From IMG/VR virus record IMGVR_UViG_2882674194_000007, positions 64,001-128,000 of that record: DNA of 64,000 bases, one strand, 5' to 3'. Positions within the stretch are counted from its first letter, which is position 1, and each line of letters begins with the position of its first letter. This DNA is from a virus (lineage: Duplodnaviria; Caudoviricetes). The notes under the pieces were generated by a model. That model was not told the DNA's origin and did no database searches. It worked only from the letters and a program-made list of their open reading frames with translations. Positions 63,706 to 64,000 of this stretch are shown here, piece by piece. The position numbers and the translations under genes are program-made.

Positions 63706-64000
63706 TTAGTTGTTACAAATATACAGACAAAGAAATTGACGAACTGGTGTCTTCCATGATTATTTTGGTTGACACCAGAGAGAAGGTCAACGATCACATC
63801 ATTTCCAGTTTTGATAAAAATGGAATTTGCTATAAGAAGAAAGCACTGGAATACGGAGATTACAGTTTTGCATTACCAAGGAACGAAGAATTATCCATAC
63901 CAAGGGATATGTATTTCAATAAAAAGGTTTGCATTGAGAGGAAAGCAAGTCTTGAAGAAATCAGTGGTAATTTAACAAAAGAGCGAGATAGATTTGAAAA
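63702..64000 (+). CDS. ERCC4-domain nuclease, 3'-truncated (absent from ORF track; probable ATA start)
   Basis: Own translation: ILVDTREK...GDYSF...IERKASLEE. Confidence 0.82.
   Translation, partial: MISCYKYTDKEIDELVSSMIILVDTREKVNDHIISSFDKNGICYKKKALEYGDYSFALPRNEELSIPRDMYFNKKVCIERKASLEEISGNLTKERDRFE

Noticed and set aside
63769-63975. 68-aa ORF in the track
   Set aside because: It overlaps, in another frame, the ERCC4 nuclease gene that runs off the window end.

Overview
AT-rich, gene-dense, almost entirely plus-strand segment of a large, probably temperate (SPbeta-like in organisation) phage or prophage of a Clostridia/Lachnospiraceae-type Firmicute. No virion structural genes are visible. 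From 1 to ~53.8 kb it is an array of short accessory genes: YefM/YoeB, tyrosine recombinase, six ParB/DUF262-fold proteins, Fic, Thg1-like, a complete diversity-generating retroelement (DGR), C5 DNA methyltransferase, PNKP/RNA ligase, PcfJ-like, LemA, radical SAM/RlmN-like, ClpP-like, PAPS reductase-like and Tad1. A regulatory block at 15.7-20.2 kb (XRE repressor, orphan MazF, LexA-box promoter, two tRNAs, sigma factor) interrupts the array. A replication operon fills 54.4-64 kb (Sak4-like ATPase, SSB, DnaB, primase, exonuclease, DnaE, ERCC4 nuclease). Main discovery: about 41 copies of a 16-bp inverted-repeat site, TRAAW-N6-WTTYA (best form TGAAA-N6-TTTCA), each with a different 6-bp spacer. 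Nearly all sit at gene junctions, at or just after a stop codon and before the next RBS. They run through the accessory region, and I found none at junctions in the regulatory or replication blocks. They divide the region into gene- or operon-sized units. Together with the resident tyrosine recombinase this suggests an undescribed integron-like gene-cassette system in a phage. That role is inference; an operator function is not excluded. All calls were made by eye, without database searches.
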